A DNA stretch of 60,289 nt, filler included, from Sphacelaria rigidula (Eukaryota): NCBI GenBank assembly GCA_964200075.2. It is 6 parts of 6 records of this genome, joined end to end, with 100 filler letters (N's around TTAATTAATTAA, not from the genome) between each part and the next. Parts side by side here need not be neighbours in the genome. Positions count along the whole stretch, not along the records: positions 50,327 to 60,289 come from CAXNAA020007402.1; 5 more parts are not named here. The stretch is one strand, 5' to 3'. Position numbers and translations under genes: made by a program. Positions 58,540-60,289 of this stretch are shown one piece after another; the first letter of the stretch is position 1; every line of letters begins with the position of its first letter. The notes under the pieces are model-generated. The model had not been told where the DNA came from. It worked only from the letters and a program-made list of their open reading frames with translations, and searched no databases.

Positions 58540-59400
58540 CACTAACCCCAACCCTAATCCTAACCCCAACCGCAACGAAGGCATACCGAGAACCCTCTTG
58601 TACTTCGGGTTCAACGTGTTCCCTAGGCGACGGGTGCGTTGCCAGACCTCAAATCGGCGCCGACTTAGACGAAAACGCGTTCTGCGCACGCTGGGAGCAC
58701 GCCAGGAGCAGCGTGGTCCATCTGGATCATGCATACTCTTTTCAAGTGAATATTGATGCCGATTCAGCAGTTGACCTACCCTCGGGATCAAAGGATCAAG
58801 GATCCGGATTTCGGTTTCTAGACTAAAGTTCAACCCTGCACCTGTCTACAACCGGTGAATTTCCGAGAACTATCTTGAACTACCCAGGGGTAACTGAAAC
58901 GTTCGGAGCGTGGCGGGATCTGCGGTTTTTGGAACGGGTACAAGTGTGAACAATCTAGGCTAGTGTGAGGGCAATTTTGAAACGGTCGATACTAGCAAAC
59001 AGCTTTGTCACAGAAATTAAGATTTGAGCTTGGGACAACGGGGGGAGATGGTGCGGCAGCTTAGTTTGAATTGTTTTGCTTGAGTTGAAACGACTGCCAG
59101 GGGCATCAGGTCCCAAAGGAAATTCAAGTTGATTTTTTTTTAAAAGGCGGGATGTTTTCAAGCTAGGAGCACGCTAGGAGTACGCCAGGAGCACAGCCCC
59201 CGTTGACCCTCAGACCGCGGTGGGGGTAGTCCATCTGGATCACGCATACTTTTGTCAAGTGAATATTGATGCCGATTCAGCAGGTGACCTACCCTCGGGG
59301 TCAAATGGTCAAGGATCCGGATTTCGGTGTCTGGACTAGAATCCACTGCTGCACCTGTCCACAAGCGGTATATTTTCGAGAACTATTTTGAACTACCAAG
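58540..59400 (+). repeat. cluster of interspersed repeats incl. AACCCT-motif element and a ~200-bp diverged direct duplication
   Basis: 58690-58885 and 59165-59398 share GTCCATCTGGATCA.GCATACT...TCAAGTGAATATTGATGCCGATTCAGCAG...GAGAACTAT.TTGAACTACC. Confidence 0.7.
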
Positions 59401-60289
59401 TGGTATAGGCCCTTCTTAAGGACCCTTCTTCACGAAGGAAATACTCCCCTTTTCCAAAATCCCCTTTTAAGAACCACCAGTGATTGGTCGCTGCGATACC
59501 ACCTCTCCAAAACAAATGCCCTCAACTTGCACAGAAATCTCGAAAGTGCAAAAACGCCTCCTAATATCCCCTTTTCAAAACGTGATTTCCGAACACCTCA
59601 AAGGGAAACATACGTGTCCGGTTGAAAGTATCATCCAAAGCCACAAGTGGCGGGCGGCCCGCCGGTCACCGCATCCTGTTGGAAGCTCTCAACCGCGACC
59701 CATACTGCTCGCTACATCAGATATGAACCACCTAATGCGCACCCTGCACCTGAGTCTAGATAAGATGAAACTTTCGGTCTTCGTCATAACCCTGCAGTTA
59801 CATACGCGGAGTTTCAGCAACATACCACAGTTTCGTGCATACGCCAGACACGTCATTCTTGACCAGCCTCATTGGTCGTTTGGGAGGCCCGGTCCCAAAA
59901 GGGTTAACGAAGGGGGTTTATCTCTTTTTTCACAATCCCCTTTTGACAGGGGATTGGCCCCATAGCGATCAGTCGCGAGTCCTATCGACAAGCAGTTTTG
60001 TACAAATTGGAGCCCAGATCTGCACGCAGGTCGAGGAATGCGGCGGATCTGGAAGTGATCGTTAGTCCAAGCAGGCCCAAGGTCTGCGTAATCCTGCAGA
60101 CCATGCACAACAAGGCAACACAACACCTACACGCCCAGCCCCGAAAAAACACGCACAGACACCACACGTGGACAGATAGCACCCTGTGGAGGGGGTCTAC
60201 AGGGTTTACGTACCCTGCGCAGGGTTTCTGGCGGGAATTTTACTGTACAGTGTTTTCCAGCGTAGCACAGGACGCTCCACAGGGTTTCC

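Noticed and set aside
1-60289. Functional clustering of anoctamin, ATP-grasp, ParB, coiled-coil and EsV-1-7 genes
   Set aside because: They sit on different unlinked contigs, so adjacency is an artefact.

Overview
This is eukaryotic, intron-rich, repeat-dense DNA, most consistent with a brown alga (Phaeophyceae), inferred from an EsV-1-7 repeat protein and the exon/repeat style. The window is not one locus. It is six unrelated contigs of about 9.96 kb (9967, 9965, 9965, 9965, 9964 and 9963 bp, i.e. size-sorted) joined by artificial 100-bp N44-TTAATTAATTAA-N44 linkers. Contig 1 (1-9967): repeats, tRNA-derived SINEs and the first three coding exons of an anoctamin/TMEM16-like gene. Contig 2 (10068-20032): three exons of a minus-strand ATP-grasp ligase gene, one with a GC donor. 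Contig 3 (20133-30097): a minus-strand ParB/Srx-domain exon head-to-head with a spliced, slightly decayed Sola2/DUF7869-like transposase, a locally enriched foldback repeat, and LINE and Gypsy relics. Contig 4 (30198-40162): six exons of a coiled-coil protein whose introns hold a motif array, a 72-bp minisatellite and a hAT-type MITE with an 8-bp TSD. Contig 5 (40263-50226): LINE RT relic, Tc1/mariner MITE and a tandem degenerate Copia. Contig 6 (50327-60289): very decayed Copia-like relics and an intronless ORF with 14 EsV-1-7 Cys/His repeats whose variation is concentrated at a few positions. The best candidates for something new are the ParB plus Sola-like transposase module and the possible modular code in the EsV-1-7 array. 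All family assignments are by eye from motifs; no searches were run.
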